NCBI GenBank assembly: GCA_964291415.2
Contig: OZ219920.1
Location: 672,001 to 736,000 of the forward strand
DNA: 64,000 nucleotides
Source: Alphaproteobacteria bacterium
GTDB lineage: Bacteria; Pseudomonadota; Alphaproteobacteria; SP197
Direction: 5' to 3'
Part shown: positions 40,935-49,500 of the stretch, piece after piece
Position numbering within the stretch: position 1 is the first letter of the stretch
Layout of the letters: each line of letters opens with the position of its first letter
Made by a program: the position numbers and the translations under genes
Notes under the pieces: model-generated
What the model was told of the DNA's origin: nothing
Seen by the model: the letters and a program-made list of their open reading frames with translations, nothing else
The model's database searches: none

Positions 40935-43286
40935 ATGGCGATCGTACGCTTCGGCGCGCCGTTGCGCAGAATCGAGGACGGCCGCTTCCTGGCCGGCCGC
41001 GGCCGCTATGTCGCGGACATCGTCGCGGCGCGCCAGCTCCACATGATCGTGCTGCGCTCGCCCCACGCCCATGCCAGGATAGCCTCGATCGACACGGCAG
41101 CAGCGCGCGCGGCACCCGGGGTCGTCGACGTGGTTTGCCGCGACGAACTTCGGGTCGACGGGCTGCGCGGCATGCCGACGATCGGCACTGTGGTCAGCAC
41201 GGACGGCACGCCGCAGGCGCGGCCACCCTATCCCGTCCTCGCCGGCGACAGGGTGCGCTTCGTTGGCCAGCCGGTCGCCGCGGTGGCGGCTGAGACGGTC
41301 GAGCAGGCGGCCGATGCGAGCGAACTGATCGAGGTCGATTTCGAGCCCCTGCCTGCCGCCCCCGGGGCGGAGGCGGCGCTGAGATCCGGAGGGCCGCAGC
41401 TGCATGACGAGGCGCCCGGCAACCTCTGCTTCGACTGGGAGACCGGCGACCGGGATGCGGTCGCGCGAGCGTTCGCGGACGCGGCGGCCACGGTCGAGAT
41501 CGAGATCGTCAACAACCGGATGGCGCCTGCCCCCATAGAACCGCGTGGCGCGCTGGGCGAGTACGATGCCTCGAGCGGGCGGCTGACGCTGACGGCCTGC
41601 CATCAGGGTGTTCACTTCCTGCTCGACGATCTCGCCCATGTCCTGGGCATCGCCCCGGCGCGGCTGCGCATCCTGACGCCCGACATAGGCGGCGGTTTCG
41701 GCATGAAGTACACGCCCTACCCCGAGCAGGCGCTGGTGCTCTGGCAAGCGCGGCGCACAGGCCGGCCGGTGCGCTGGATTTCCAGCCGCAGCGAGGCCTT
41801 CATCAGCGACGCCCAGGCGCGCGATCACCGGACCCGCATCGCCCTGGCGCTTGATGGCGAGGGCCGCTTCCTGGCCCTGCGCAGCGACACGGTAGCCGAC
41901 CTCGGAGCCTATCTGACGCAGCATGCCACACGGATTCCGACCAGCGGCGCCACGATCACCCTGCCGGGCCCATACCTGCTGCCCGAGGTGCACGCGCGGG
42001 TGCGCGGAGCCTTCTCCAACAGCGTGCCGGTCGACGCCATGCGTGGTGCCGGTCAGCCCGAGGCGACCTATGCGCGCGAGCGCGTGATCGAGGCCGCGGC
42101 GCGCCGGCTCGGCGTGCCAGGCGATGAACTGCGCCGGCGAAACCTGGTACCACGCGAGGCGATGCCCTATCACACCGCGACGGGCGTGCCGCTTGCCGAC
42201 ACCGACCTCGCAGCGAACCATGCCCGCGCGCTCGAGGCCTCGGACGTCACCGGCTTTCCCGCGCGGCGCACCGCAGCACGCGCCGAGGGCCTGCTTCTGG
42301 GGCGTGCCCTGGTGCACTACCTGGAGGCGACAGGTCGCGGCGAAGTCGGCGACACGACCCGGCTGCGAGTGGAGCCGTCCGGACACGTCACGCTGGTGGT
42401 CGGCAGTATCTCCAACGGTCAGGGCCACGAAACGGCCTATGCCCAGATGCTGTCGGCCGAACTCGGCGTGGCGCCCGGGGATGTGCGCGTGGTGAGCGGC
42501 GACAGCGACGTTGTTGCACCGGGCAGCGGCGGATCGAGCAGTTCGCACTTCCTGCAGGTGGCGGGACCGGGACTGCAGGTGGTCGCCGAGCGGGTGCGTG
42601 ACAAGCTGTGCCGTGTCGCGTCGCACCTGCTGGAGGCCTCCGAAGTCGACATCGATTTCAAGGTCGACGAGCAGCGATTGTGCGTCGCAGGGACGGACCG
42701 TTCGGTCACGTTCCGGCAGGCGGTGCGCGCGGCCCACGATGCCGCGAACCTGCCCGCTGACATCGAGCCCGGGCTCGACGAGACCGCTTACTACCGCCAG
42801 AAGGGTGCTGCCTATCCCACGGGCTGCCATGTCTGCGAGATTGCGGTCGACCCCGATACCGGCATGGCGACAATCCGACGCTACGTCGTGGTCGACGATT
42901 TCGGCAATGTGCTCAATCCGCCGCTGGTCGAGGGCCAGGTCCACGGCGGGGTCGCGCAGGGCATCGGCCAGGCCCTGCTGGAATGCTACGCCTACGATCC
43001 CGAGAGCGGCCAGCCAATGACCGGCAGCCTGCTCGACTACACCTTGCCGCGGGCTGACGACCTCCCCGCCTATGAAGTGACGCTGGAGGGCGTGCCCAAC
43101 AGCAACAACGCCATGGGCGTGAAGGGCTGCGGCGAGGCGGGGACCATCGCCGCCCCGCCCGCCGTGATCAATGCCCTGCTCGACGCGCTTGCCGAACGTG
43201 GCGTGACGACCATCGACATGGCAGCGACACCGGCGTGTATCTGGCGCGCACTGCAAGACGCCGCCGTGAGGGAGGAGAGGACATGA
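40935..43286 (+). CDS. Xanthine dehydrogenase-family molybdopterin-binding large subunit (CoxL form II-like)
   Basis: RIEDGRFLAGRGRY, RSPHAHA, IGGGFG, AMRGAGQPEA, GQGHET, GQVHGGVAQGIGQAL, GVKGCGEAG. Confidence 0.93.
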   Translation: MAIVRFGAPLRRIEDGRFLAGRGRYVADIVAARQLHMIVLRSPHAHARIASIDTAAARAAPGVVDVVCRDELRVDGLRGMPTIGTVVSTDGTPQARPPYPVLAGDRVRFVGQPVAAVAAETVEQAADASELIEVDFEPLPAAPGAEAALRSGGPQLHDEAPGNLCFDWETGDRDAVARAFADAAATVEIEIVNNRMAPAPIEPRGALGEYDASSGRLTLTACHQGVHFLLDDLAHVLGIAPARLRILTPDIGGGFGMKYTPYPEQALVLWQARRTGRPVRWISSRSEAFISDAQARDHRTRIALALDGEGRFLALRSDTVADLGAYLTQHATRIPTSGATITLPGPYLLPEVHARVRGAFSNSVPVDAMRGAGQPEATYARERVIEAAARRLGVPGDELRRRNLVPREAMPYHTATGVPLADTDLAANHARALEASDVTGFPARRTAARAEGLLLGRALVHYLEATGRGEVGDTTRLRVEPSGHVTLVVGSISNGQGHETAYAQMLSAELGVAPGDVRVVSGDSDVVAPGSGGSSSSHFLQVAGPGLQVVAERVRDKLCRVASHLLEASEVDIDFKVDEQRLCVAGTDRSVTFRQAVRAAHDAANLPADIEPGLDETAYYRQKGAAYPTGCHVCEIAVDPDTGMATIRRYVVVDDFGNVLNPPLVEGQVHGGVAQGIGQALLECYAYDPESGQPMTGSLLDYTLPRADDLPAYEVTLEGVPNSNNAMGVKGCGEAGTIAAPPAVINALLDALAERGVTTIDMAATPACIWRALQDAAVREERT

Positions 43287-43654
43287 CAATCGAACGCGTC
43301 TCGCCCGGCGCCGAGTACGGCGCGTTGTTCAGCGCGGCGACGGCGGCCGACCGTTTCGTCTTCGTCGGCGGCACCACAGCCTGGGACGGCCCCAGCGGCG
43401 GCGACGTGGAGAGCCAGACCCGGTTCATCCTCGGCAAGATTGACGGCTACCTCGAGGCCTGTGGCACATCGAAATCGTCGGTGCTGTTCGTCAACGTCTA
43501 TCTCGCCGACATCGAAACCTGGGAGGACATGAACCGGGCCTGGCTCGCCTGGATCGACCCCGAGGCCGTGCCGGCCCGGGTCAGCATCGAGGCCCGCCTG
43601 CTCGAGGGCCTCAAGGTCGAGATCACGTGCGTGGCGCTTCGTCCCCAACCATGA
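43283..43654 (+). CDS. RidA/YjgF-family protein
   Basis: FVFVGG, QTRFILGKID, VYLADI..MNRAW, PAR, KVEI. Confidence 0.85.
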   Translation: MTIERVSPGAEYGALFSAATAADRFVFVGGTTAWDGPSGGDVESQTRFILGKIDGYLEACGTSKSSVLFVNVYLADIETWEDMNRAWLAWIDPEAVPARVSIEARLLEGLKVEITCVALRPQP

Positions 43655-44291
43655 CCGATGCGCCGTCGAGGTGATCGGTCCAGAAGGCCAGGGCGAGCAG
43701 CGGCTCGTTCTCCGTTCGCGTGGAGTGCGGCAGACCCGAGTGGTGAAAGATGAAGCTGCCGGGCGGGCGGGTCACCCAGTCCTCATTGCCGCGCCGCCAA
43801 CGGGCAGTGCCGGCCACGACCCAGTAGACCTCGGGGGCCGGGTGCGCGTGAGGCGGATAGAGCACGCCCGGCCCCTGGATCGTGAAGAAGGCCGAGAGAC
43901 GACCCGAGACGACCAGGCCGCGTGGCCCGACAAGCTCCGCGTAGGCATACTCGGCGCGGAACGCGTCATAGCGTAGATCGCCGGCGAGTTCGGGGTATGC
44001 AGCGCCCCAGGCAAGCGCGTCGCGCGCCGCGAGCAGCGCCTCGGTCACGGCGGCGGGATCGTCCGCAGAGGGGTTCGGCAGGTCGTCGAGGTGCGCGCAT
44101 GGCGGCTGCTCGCTTGGCACGGACAGGCGTCTTTCTGGCGAGTCCAAGACAACGCTCGCAGCGGCCTCAAGGTAGTCGCTGGCTTCATCCCCGCGTGTTG
44201 CCCCCGCCCGCCATGCAGCGACCACGGCCGCGATCAGGCGCTCGACGCGGGCCGCTGCCGGGAGTGAAGTCACCGCGCCGTCGGCGGTCAT
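43623..44291 (-). CDS. DMSP lyase-family (DddQ/DddL-like) cupin
   Basis: YAYAELVGPRG, PGVLYPPHAHPAPEVYWVVAG, HHSGLPHSTRTENEPLLALAFW. Confidence 0.75.
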   Translation of the reverse strand: MTADGAVTSLPAAARVERLIAAVVAAWRAGATRGDEASDYLEAAASVVLDSPERRLSVPSEQPPCAHLDDLPNPSADDPAAVTEALLAARDALAWGAAYPELAGDLRYDAFRAEYAYAELVGPRGLVVSGRLSAFFTIQGPGVLYPPHAHPAPEVYWVVAGTARWRRGNEDWVTRPPGSFIFHHSGLPHSTRTENEPLLALAFWTDHLDGASVMVGDEAPRT

Positions 44292-44367
44292 GATCACCTC
44301 GCCTTTCAAGGGAGGGCCATGGTGGCAGATCGGCGTGACGGCGGGCAAGGGAGAAGAGATCGTGTCG

Positions 44368-46398
44368 ATGAGACCCGTGTCGTCACTGCCCGTGAAGATA
44401 CGCCAGATCGAACATTGCTGGATCCCGATGTCGGACGGCGTGCGGCTGGCCGCGCGAATCTGGCTCCCCGAAGACGCCGAGGCGAGACCGGTACCGGCGA
44501 TCCTGGAGTACATCCCCTACCGCAAGCGCGACGCGATCAGTGAGCGCGACGAGACCATCCATCCCTACTTCGCCGGCCACGGCTATGCCGCGGTGCGCAT
44601 CGACATCCGCGGCTCGGGCGACTCCGAGGGGCTGCTGCTGGGCGAGTACCTGAAGCAGGACCACGACGACGCGCTCGAGGCGCTCGACTGGATTGCCGCG
44701 CAGCCCTGGTGCGACGGCAAGATCGGGATGATGGGACTGAGCTGGGGTGGCTTCGAAGCGCTGCAGGTTGCCGCGCGACGGCCGCCGGCGCTGAAGGCCG
44801 TGATCTCGGTGGGCTCGGTCGACGATCGCTACGCCGACGACATGCACTTCAAGGGCGGCTGCCTGCTGAACGACAACATGTACTGGCACTCGCTCTTCTT
44901 CTCGCTGCTCTCGCGGCCGCCCGACCCGATGATCGTGGGTCAGCAGCGCTGGCGCGAGATGTGGTTCGATCGCCTGGAGAATCTGATCAACCCCATCCAG
45001 GAATGGCTGCCACACCAGCGGCGTGACGCCTTCTGGCGCCACGGCTCGGTGCGCGAGGACTACGGGGCGATCCAGTGCCCGATCTACCTGGTGGGCGGAT
45101 GGGCCGACAGCTACATCAACTCGGTGCCGAGCCTGCTGTCGGGTCTGAAGGTGCCGCGCAAGGGGCTGATCGGACCCTGGGGCCACCAGTACCCGCAGGA
45201 CATGGCGCCACCTGGTCCCTGGTTCGGCTTTCTGCAGGAGGCCCTGCGCTGGTGGGGCCACTGGCTCAAGGGCATCGACACCGGGATCATGGATGAGCCC
45301 ATGTACCGCGCCTGGATGGCGGAGGCGATGCCGCCCGACCCCGGCCTGCCCGAGACCCGGGGCCGCTGGATCGCCGAGCCCGTCTGGCCGCGTTCCGACG
45401 GCCATGCCCGGACCTGGCACCTCGCACCGGGGGGCCTCGCCGACAGGCCCGAGGAAGACGCGGCGCTGACGCTGAGTTCGCCCCTTGATATCGGCACGTC
45501 GAGCGGCTGCCTCTGCCCCTACGGTCTGGGCTCTATCGGCCACGAACTGCAGACGGACCAGCGCGTTGACGACGGCAATTCGCTGTGCTTCGACACGCCA
45601 CCGCTTCGCGAACGCGTCGAATTCTTCGGCGCACCGGTGGTGGAGCTTGAGCTGTCGGTCGACCGGCCGGTAGCGCAAATCTCGGTCAGGCTCAACGACG
45701 TCGCTCCCGACGGCACCTCGACCCGGGTCACCTTCGGCCTGCTCAACCTGACCCATCGGGACGGGCACACCGATCCGCAGCCGATGGAGCCCGGCCGGCG
45801 TACCCGCATCCGGTTGGCGCTCGACAACATGGCCTATGCCTTCCTGCCCGGCCACCGCATGCGGCTTGCCGTTGCGACGGGCTACTGGCCGGTGGCGTGG
45901 CCAACGCCCGAGAAGGCCATGCTCACGCTCCACACGGGCGAGAGCACCCTCGAGGTGCCGGTGCGGAAGCCACGCCCCGAGGACGCCGGCTTGCGTCCGT
46001 TCGAGGAGCCGGAGTCGTCGGAGCCGGAAGCGCGCACCATGCTGGTCGACGCGAGCCGGGCGCGCAGTGTGCGCCACGACGTGGTGACCGGCATCACCAC
46101 GCTTGAGGCGCACAAGCACCGCGGCTGGTTCCGCATCGAGAGCCACGGCCTTGAGATGAGCAGCGAAGGCACCGAGCGCTACAGCGTGCATCGAAGCGAC
46201 CCCTCGAGCGCAACCGGCGAGACCGAGCAGCTCGTACTGATCGGCCGTGGCGACTGGCGTCTGAGGTTGGAGACCAGGACGCGGATGACGTCGGACAAGG
46301 AGGCCTTCCACATCCATTCCGAGATCGACGCGTTCGAGGACGGGGAGAAGTCCTTCACCCGTTCCTGGGACGCCTCGGTGCCGCGCGACCTGGTGTGA
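44368..46398 (+). CDS. CocE/NonD-family hydrolase (peptidase S15)
   Basis: WIPMSDGVRLAARIWLP, EYIPYRK, DIRGSGDSEG, GLSWGG, GGWAD, GPWGH. Confidence 0.92.
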   Translation: MRPVSSLPVKIRQIEHCWIPMSDGVRLAARIWLPEDAEARPVPAILEYIPYRKRDAISERDETIHPYFAGHGYAAVRIDIRGSGDSEGLLLGEYLKQDHDDALEALDWIAAQPWCDGKIGMMGLSWGGFEALQVAARRPPALKAVISVGSVDDRYADDMHFKGGCLLNDNMYWHSLFFSLLSRPPDPMIVGQQRWREMWFDRLENLINPIQEWLPHQRRDAFWRHGSVREDYGAIQCPIYLVGGWADSYINSVPSLLSGLKVPRKGLIGPWGHQYPQDMAPPGPWFGFLQEALRWWGHWLKGIDTGIMDEPMYRAWMAEAMPPDPGLPETRGRWIAEPVWPRSDGHARTWHLAPGGLADRPEEDAALTLSSPLDIGTSSGCLCPYGLGSIGHELQTDQRVDDGNSLCFDTPPLRERVEFFGAPVVELELSVDRPVAQISVRLNDVAPDGTSTRVTFGLLNLTHRDGHTDPQPMEPGRRTRIRLALDNMAYAFLPGHRMRLAVATGYWPVAWPTPEKAMLTLHTGESTLEVPVRKPRPEDAGLRPFEEPESSEPEARTMLVDASRARSVRHDVVTGITTLEAHKHRGWFRIESHGLEMSSEGTERYSVHRSDPSSATGETEQLVLIGRGDWRLRLETRTRMTSDKEAFHIHSEIDAFEDGEKSFTRSWDASVPRDLV

Positions 46399-47039
46399 TG
46401 TTCTACGAGCCGGCACAGGGCCACGGCCTGGAACTCGACCCCTTCAAGAGCCTGGTCGTACCCCGTCCGATCGGCTGGATCACCACGCTCGACACCGAGG
46501 GGCGGGTGAACCTTGCGCCGTACAGTTACTTCAACGCCGTGGCCGACGACCCGCCCGCCGTGATGTTCTCCTCCTCGGCAGGCGAAGGACCCGACCGCCG
46601 GAAGGACTCCTGGCGCAACGCCGAGGCGACGGGCGAGTTTGTCTTCAACCTGGCGACCTGGGAGCTGCGTGAGGAGGTCAACCAGACCTCCGACGCCGTG
46701 CCCAGCGACGTCGACGAGGCGGCGCTGGCGGGCCTCGACATGATTCCGTCGCGGCTTGTCAAGCCCCCCCGGGTTGCACGCTCTCCCGTACACCTGGAGT
46801 GCCGCTGGCTGAAGACGGTGATCGTGCCGCAGAATGGCGACTATGCGCCCGGGGACAACGGGCTGGTGCTGGGCGAGGTGGTCGGTGTGCACATCGACGA
46901 GACGATCATGGCGAACGGGCGCGTCGATCTGTCGCGGATTCGCCCCATCGCACGGCTCGGTTATGCGCAGTATGCCGTGGTCGACACACTGTTCCGCATG
47001 GTCCCGCCCTGGGTGACGAGTGATCCGGACAAGGAGTGA
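46395..47039 (+). CDS. Flavin reductase-like FMN-binding protein
   Basis: PRPIGWITT, NLAPYSYFN, KDSWRNAEATGEFVFN, SPVHLEC, IARLG. Confidence 0.88.
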   Translation: MMFYEPAQGHGLELDPFKSLVVPRPIGWITTLDTEGRVNLAPYSYFNAVADDPPAVMFSSSAGEGPDRRKDSWRNAEATGEFVFNLATWELREEVNQTSDAVPSDVDEAALAGLDMIPSRLVKPPRVARSPVHLECRWLKTVIVPQNGDYAPGDNGLVLGEVVGVHIDETIMANGRVDLSRIRPIARLGYAQYAVVDTLFRMVPPWVTSDPDKE

Positions 47040-47049
47040 AGGCCCGGCC

Positions 47050-47877
47050 ATGGCCGACCCGGAGCAGATCGCCGGGCGCTTCGAGCGGGACGGTTTCGTG
47101 TTCCCGGTTCCGGTGATTTCGCGCGCGGCGGCCGACGGGGCGCGCCGCCGCTTCCTGGAGACGCGGCGGGAGGCCGAGCGCGATCCCCGCATCGCCGACT
47201 ACCTCTCCTACAAGGCCAACGTGGCCTACCGGTGGGTCGACGAGTTCGTGCACAGGTCCGCTCTGCTCGACGCCGTGGCGGCGGTGTTGGGCCCGGACTT
47301 GCTGCTGTGGAGCTGCTCCTTCGTCTGCAAGGATCCGCGCTCGTCGGGCCGCTACTCCTGGCACCAGGACGCCACCTACTGGGGCATGACGCCTCCGGTG
47401 GGACTGACGGTCTGGCTGGCGCTGGGCGACGTGGGCCCGCACAACGGCGGCATGAGCTTCATCCCCGGCGCCCACACGTGCGGCCAGCTCGCCCATACCA
47501 ACACCTTCGCTGCCGACATCATGCTGCCGCGCGGCCAGCAGATCCGTGAGCTGCCCCACCCCGAGCGTGCGACGGCGCTTCAGCTCGCTTCGGGCGAGGC
47601 CTCGTTCCACGGCGTCTTCACGCCCCATGCCTCGGGACCCAATGGCAGCGACGACTATCGCGTGGGCTGTGCCATGGTCTTCATACCGCCGCACGTGAAG
47701 AACCAGACGCTGCGCGAGTCCGCGATGCTGGTGCGCGGCACCGACCGCCACGGGAACTTCGAGCTCGAGCCGCGGCCCAGGGCCGACCTCGACGACGACG
47801 CGGTCGCCGCGCACGGCACGGCAATGAGACGTATGGCGACCTGGCAAAACGAACAGAAGCTCACGAAGCGGGCGTGA
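47050..47877 (+). CDS. Phytanoyl-CoA dioxygenase (PhyH)-family Fe(II)/2OG enzyme
   Basis: FERDGF, WHQDATYW, TVWLAL, PHASGPN..DYR. Confidence 0.9.
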   Translation: MADPEQIAGRFERDGFVFPVPVISRAAADGARRRFLETRREAERDPRIADYLSYKANVAYRWVDEFVHRSALLDAVAAVLGPDLLLWSCSFVCKDPRSSGRYSWHQDATYWGMTPPVGLTVWLALGDVGPHNGGMSFIPGAHTCGQLAHTNTFAADIMLPRGQQIRELPHPERATALQLASGEASFHGVFTPHASGPNGSDDYRVGCAMVFIPPHVKNQTLRESAMLVRGTDRHGNFELEPRPRADLDDDAVAAHGTAMRRMATWQNEQKLTKRA

Positions 47878-47888
47878 GGGAGGACGGC

Positions 47889-48731
47889 ATGGGCGGCAAG
47901 TATCTGAAGGGACGGAGCGCCTGGGTTACGGGTGGTGCCACCGGCATGGGGCGCGCCTGCGCCCTTGCGCTCGCGGAAGCCGGTGCCGATGTCGCCATCG
48001 GCTCGCTGACGTCCAAGGTGAGCAATCCTCGCGTCAGGGGCGAGGCCGCCCTGGTGCTGGATGACGGCGAGCTTGAGGCGACGGGCGGCGAGATCGAATC
48101 CCGGAACGTGAAGGCACTCGCCCTGCCGCTCAACGTCTGTTCGGACGAGTCCTGCGCCATGTTCTTCGAGGCCACGGTGAAGGCCTTCGGCAAGGTCGAC
48201 ATCCTGGTCAACGCGGCAGGCGGTTCGGCCCACCACCCGATGATCGACCATCCCGACGAGCTCTGGCTGCGTACCATCGACGTCAACCTCAACGGCCCCT
48301 ACCGAACCACCAGGCTCTGCTTTGCGGGCATGGTTGAGCGGGGCTGGGGACGTATCGTGAACCTGGCGACGACCGGCGCGCGGGTCGGACACGCGGGACA
48401 TGCGGCCATGTGCGCGTCGAAGACCGGCCTGCTCGGTCTGACCCGCTGCGTCGCGCTCGAGGGCGCGCGCCACGGCGTGACCTGCAACGCGATCAACCCG
48501 GGAAGCGTGAAGACACCGCATGTCGTGCGTTCGGCGCTGCCAAACAAGATCGCGATGCTGGGCATTGACCGCTCTCTCGAGGACTACCTCGACGACACCG
48601 TGAGGACGGTGCCGCAGAACCGCTGGATCGAAGCCGAGGAGATCGGCGCCTTCGCAGCCTTCCTGTGCAGCGAAGGCGCTCGCGGCATCACGGGCGAGGA
48701 TATCCAGATTTCTGGCGGCGCGCACTGGTAG
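47889..48731 (+). CDS. SDR with beta2 insertion and MCASK in place of YxxxK
   Basis: TGGATGMG, VNAAG, MCASKTG, NAINPG; paralog of 35122-35976. Confidence 0.85.
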   Translation: MGGKYLKGRSAWVTGGATGMGRACALALAEAGADVAIGSLTSKVSNPRVRGEAALVLDDGELEATGGEIESRNVKALALPLNVCSDESCAMFFEATVKAFGKVDILVNAAGGSAHHPMIDHPDELWLRTIDVNLNGPYRTTRLCFAGMVERGWGRIVNLATTGARVGHAGHAAMCASKTGLLGLTRCVALEGARHGVTCNAINPGSVKTPHVVRSALPNKIAMLGIDRSLEDYLDDTVRTVPQNRWIEAEEIGAFAAFLCSEGARGITGEDIQISGGAHW

Positions 48732-48818
48732 GCAGCGACGGTCGAACACCGCTTCGTCGGCCGCACCGACGACGAGAGGCCCGGCTGACCCGGGTGCCTG
48801 CTCGACCACATGTTCGAC

Positions 48819-49233
48819 GGCGGCGACGCTGCGCAGGGCGCCGTCAGCCAGCAGTCCATGGCTGATGGAATCAATCATCGCTCGACCGGACCGTCAGGGA
48901 TCGACATGAGGAAGGGCTTTGTTCCCCGGTGCCCTCCAAACCGCGCTTGTCGCTCACGCGGCGACAGCGAACGCCTCATTGTCGTTGGCGTTCGTGCGAA
49001 TGACCCGGTGACAGCGGTATCTTACCGAGCGATAGCCGGACCTTTGCGACGCACGTCGATCCAGGTCCCCCATCGATCCATGGTGGAGGCGGCGGGCAAT
49101 GTCCCCGCCTCCGCAAAGTCCGTTCCGGACGACGCTCTTCGCCGTAGCCCGGCCACCGGGCAACCCGTCACAACGGCGTAGAGCGGCCTCCACGCCACGC
49201 CTTTTCGGGCAACCCTACAGCAGCCGGATGCGA
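48819..49233. repeat. Right, decayed copy of the sspB'-ssrA-promoter repeat
   Basis: Encodes MIDSISHGLLADGALRSVAA (intact sspB: MNDSIHYGLLVDGALRSVVA) and then diverges; homology runs through the tmRNA and promoter region. Confidence 0.92.
48908..49160 (-). pseudogene. ssrA: Second, degenerate permuted tmRNA copy
   Basis: Keeps CCGCCTCCACCA (49081) and tag ANDNEAFAVAA* (48989-48954); has a 3-nt deletion in the 5' acceptor strand (GGGGGACC vs GGGGGCGAACC), altered T-loop, weakened 3' hairpin and decayed promoter. Confidence 0.85.
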
Positions 49234-49500
49234 GTGGCTTCTCCTGTCATCGACACGTTGACATGCACGGAACGCGCTTTGCCTCGTACAGCGCATTGCG
49301 GTCACAGTTCGTGTGGTTCTCCTGTTCCCTGAAGAAGAGGCTGTTGTTCACGTCCGGCGATGATACCGCGTTCGGCATCCGAACCGTGCAGGCTTCACTC
49401 TTCGCCCGACCTCAGTCCCGAACGTTGCATCGCTGGAGTCTTGCGGGTCAATGGCATACTTCCCATGCTACAAGGATACCATGAGTTGACGAGGAGTGTG

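Larger units (their letters stand above)
17815..48818. mobile_element. ~31 kb catabolic genomic island between direct repeats; no integrase seen
   Basis: Bracketed by the ssrA-containing repeats; accessory transport and catabolic genes plus several gene relics; separates sspB/ssrA from thyX-hflKC. Confidence 0.75.

Noticed and set aside
40935-43286. Aerobic CO dehydrogenase
   Set aside because: Lacks the AYxCSFR form I motif and the coxM/S/accessory genes
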